Part shown: positions 60,496 through 64,000 of the stretch, piece after piece
Numbering within the stretch: position 1 is the stretch's first letter
Layout: every line of letters begins with the position of its first letter
Assembly: GCA_013239625.1 (NCBI GenBank)
Contig: MU054323.1
Location: 186,001-250,000 of the forward strand
Direction: 5' to 3'
DNA from: Lama guanicoe
Taxonomy: Eukaryota
DNA: 64,000 bases
Notes under the pieces: model-generated
Database searches by the model: none
What the model was told of the DNA's origin: nothing
Seen by the model: only the letters and a program-made list of their open reading frames with translations
Program-made: the position numbers and the translations under genes

Positions 60496-61584
60496 AGGGA
60501 CTTCACGTAAAAAGCCTTAGAAGCCAGAATGTGAAAACTCCACGAGGGTAACGGGAGGCAGAACTGGTTGACACGAGAGTCTTGAGGACAATTAGCAGAC
60601 AGCCCGAAGTTCCAGATGCGTGCGCTCCCTTGTGCCGTCTAGACAAGTCCTCTCGGTCTCCTCGGGGGGCTGGAGGCCACGCCCCACGCCTCAGCAGTGG
60701 GGTGGAGGAGGCTGGGATGTGTGTCTTGCCTCTCCCGCTAACTTGCTGTATTCAGAAGTCCACTGATGTCCTTGGGCCTCGTTGACAAACCTTATATGCA
60801 GCCAGGGCATCTCACTGCCCTAGACATTGGTGAAGACTCCTGAAGGGAGAACCGTAAAAGGTGAGGGTCCCCAAGGTGGTCCCTAAGTCCCCTTCACTCA
60901 CATCTCCTGAGATCGGCATTTTATCTCCACACCTTGGGTGGCCTCTTAGGGGAGACTGACCTGGTTTTGGAACCATCTCAAAACCGAGGGGGACTGGGGC
61001 CGAGTGTGCGCATTAAGAGCTCTCTGCTTACCCGTCTGCCATGTCGCTCAGAGATGGGCTGGGAGGGGCAGATTTCTCACGTTGGAAAGTGACAGCATCA
61101 TTTCCTAATGATCACATTTGGGGGAACAGATGGGGAAGCATGTGGAGGAATCATGGGCTTCTTTTAAAAAGGGGGGGTGCGGGGCATGTTTTCTAAAGAA
61201 AGTTGCCTCTGAACACTTCCACCCAGCCGTCCTGAAAGCATTTGGGGCTTATGAGGCACTTGATACATAAGATGCTTTTTTACAGATGAGGGAACAGAAA
61301 TGGGTGCAGGGAGGCAAGACAGATATTTACAGAACACCTGCAGAGAGCCAGGCGTCTCCTGTTATGGGAACATTTTACATCTACAGTAGCCCCGCAAGGT
61401 AAGTGCTATTGTCTGCTTCGAAAATAAGAAAATGGGGGCTCAGTGGTTGGGAAGCAGAGCTGGGATTTGAACCTGGGGTTGTCTGGCCCCAAAGACCCCT
61501 TTAGAGTTTGCTAGGAACCAAGGGAACGCAGCACAGGCTCTGGGTCAGTGCACAGGTGGGCACTCAAAAGTCCCGAAACGCCTC

Positions 61585-62150
61585 CTCAAGTAGTTAAACG
61601 TCGGATTATCGCATGACCCAGCAATTCCACGTCTAGGTAGATACTCGAAAGAATTGGATGCGAGGACTTAGAGACTTGCACACCCACGTTCACAGCAGCC
61701 GAAACTGCAAACAACACAAATGTCATCGACAGACGAATAAACGCAATGTGGAGCATACATACAACGGAGTATTATTCAGCCATAAAAGAGATGAAATTCA
61801 GACCCTTGCTACAATACCCATGAACCTTGAAGATACTATGCTAAGGAAAATAAGCCAGCCACGAAAGGACAAACATTGTGCGATTCGACTTACTTGTGGT
61901 ACCAAGAGTAGGTAAATTCCCAGAGACAGAAAGTAGAGTGAAGGTTACCAGGGGCTGGGGCGGGATGGGGAGCAGGAGTTATTTATTTAATGGGTACACA
62001 ATTTCAGTTTGGAATGCTGAAAAATTCCTGGAGACGCGTAGGAGTGATGGTTGCCCACATTGTGACTGTACTTAATGTTACTAAATTTACACTTAAAAAT
62101 GTTTAAATGGTAAAACTTATGTGACATGTATTTACAGCAATTTTTTTTTG
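61585..62150 (+). mobile_element. L1MB-type LINE-1 3' end
   Basis: ATGACCCAGCAATTCCAC...TATTATTCAGCCATAAAA...ATGAACCTTGAAGA...AGAGACAGAAAGTAGA...TTTAATGGGTAC...TACACTTAAAAATG. Confidence 0.92.
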
Positions 62151-62844
62151 TTTTAAACCTTGGCACAGGGCAGATTTCTGCTACACGTCTTGCGGGAGCC
62201 TGGGCTGCAGAGAGATGCACGCTGATGGGATGGATCTGGAGGGATTTCTTGGAGGGAGTGGAATGCAGCTGGGTCTGGAAGGATACGTGGATTTCATTAG
62301 GCAGTTTTGGAGAAAGAAGGGCATTTTGGGACAGCTGTGAAGATGGGCAGAAGGGATTCCTGGCTATACCTGCCAGGCTCGACACAGTCCAGTACAGCTG
62401 GGTGTAGTGGACAAGGCTAAGAAGGGAGGGCTGGAGGACTTTGCCTGCCGAGAAGTGTCTGTCTCCACCTGAGGTTGAACCGGAGGGGGACCAGCAGCAT
62501 CCGTTACACAGGGACCCCTCCTCAACACAAAGGGACTCCGAGAATAGCAGTGCAGAGTAATTCCAGGTGACAGCTCTAACCTCCTTCCCATCTTGTGGTC
62601 ACTTCCACCTGGTCTCACTGCCCCGAAACAAGCTGGCTGTGCCCCATCCTCCGCCCGCCGTGGCCTCAGCTGCTGAGACCAGCTCAAGGTCCTGCCACAA
62701 CGGTACGCTGGCTGTTGGCTACCAGGACCGTGGCCCTTTTCAGTTTTAGAATCATTTCAATGTGCTGCATCCCTAATAAACACTAATAAACTCATGGATT
62801 AGGAAAGGAAGATGTACCCCTAATCGTGTAAGGATATTTTTTAG

Positions 62845-63187
62845 TGCCACGGCCTGGATATTTGTGTCCCCACCAAACGTCGTGTGTTGAAACCTGACAC
62901 CCGAGGTGATGGTATTTGGAGGTGGGGCCTTTGGGAGGTGCCTGGGTCATGAGGGCAGAGACCCATGGATGGGATTAGTGCCCTTATAAAGCGGCCGAGA
63001 AGGCTCCCTAGCCCCTTCCACCGTGTCAGCACACAGTGAGGAGTCTGTGACCCGGGACAGAGCCCTCGGGCTGGCACCCTGATCTCGGACTTCCAGATTC
63101 CAGAACTGTGAGAAACAGACTTCTGTTGTTTGTAAGTTGACCAGTCCCTGGTGTATTTTGTTACAGTGGCCTGAATGGACTGAGGCA
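62845..63187 (+). mobile_element. MLT1A-type MaLR solo LTR, full length
   Basis: TG...CA termini; GTGATGGTATTTGGAGGTGGGGCCTTTGGGAGG, GGGATTAGTGCCCTTATAAA, GACTTCCAGATTCCAGAACTGTGAGAAA; TTAG on both flanks. Confidence 0.92.
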
Positions 63188-64000
63188 TTAGCTGGTGAAC
63201 TCTGGATTTTGATGCTGGTTGCATTTACATCTCTCAATGTCAGGATGGATGGCCTTCTGAGCTTGGAGACAGAATCCTTTTAGCTTCTGCTCTCTGATCT
63301 TGAGAAAGAAACTTTGTCTCTGGGCTTCAGATTCCCCAGGTGGGACAGATGATGGACTAGATGGTGTCAAAACTCCTGGGATTCCATGGTCCCCCCGACC
63401 CAGAGTGGCAGCCATAGCATGTGGCATTTTTCTATCCATCTCAGATGCATATTTGAGGTTGGGGGACCGAGGTGAATCAGTGCTAACAGATTTCCAATCT
63501 CAATGAAGTCGAGCGGAATAGACTGTGAGCTGAAACTGGTACTAAAGGTGGTAATGAGCCCCAGCAGACAGATTTGCCTCCAGTTTCAAGCTCCTTTCTG
63601 AGAAAGAAAACCTCGGACAGTTCCAAGATTTCTTGGGTGGTGATCAAAGACCACATCTGCCTGAAAGAGCCAAGAAATGCCTTCATCAGGTGGACAAATA
63701 ATAAAGGGAGGTGCCCCTGTGGTTGAGTCTTTATCGAAGAGCAGGGTGATGATGAAGATTGCCATGGATTTGATGCCAGTAACTTTTCTGAGTTATTTAA
63801 ACTTTTCTCTTCCTGTGAGATAAGTAACCCTCACAGGGCTGCAGGATCACTCTCCCGACAGGTACTTTAAGTTCTAACCTGAACCCACGTGTTCTGGGGG
63901 GGTTTGCATATGTCACGGACCACACACTCTCCCTAGCAGGTGTTGTCACCTGGGAGGCATTATCTACCATCTAAACTCGAGCGACTCCCAAGCCACTGTC

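Noticed and set aside
1230..63686. All ORFs in the supplied six-frame track (longest about 213 aa)
   Set aside because: No recognisable domains; compositions are Pro/Gly/Ser/Leu-rich as expected from GC-rich non-coding DNA; they overlap on both strands, many use non-ATG starts, and many span MIR/L2/LTR/SINE sequence (e.g. 40251-40892 begins inside a SINE).

Overview
This is mammalian non-coding genomic DNA, either intergenic or deep intronic. It is very probably from a camelid (camel, llama or alpaca), inferred from three copies of a tRNA-Ala-like SINE matching the camelid Vic-1 family as I recall it. I can support no protein-coding gene, RNA gene or CRISPR-like system: none of the supplied ORFs resembles a protein I recognise, and many overlap repeats. 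The window is a mosaic of old eutherian repeats (MIR, L2, L1MB/L1ME 3' ends, MLT1/MLT2/LTR16 LTRs, MER5/MER20/MER58/MER97 hAT relics), a few younger insertions, simple repeats, and several repeat-free blocks dense in TF motifs that look like candidate enhancers. The most notable sequence observations are: (1) a 57-bp, 91%-identical inverted repeat capping two tail-to-tail MIRs (15434-15879); (2) a 177-bp chimeric retro-insertion with a perfect 16-bp target-site duplication (52803-53011); (3) an old L1MB copy with anomalously many CpGs (61585-62150); (4) a DR1/MEIS/PBX-HOX motif cluster (8966-9130). I found no convincing new biological system. Repeat family names come from recalled consensus similarity, not database searches, and boundaries of old repeats are approximate.
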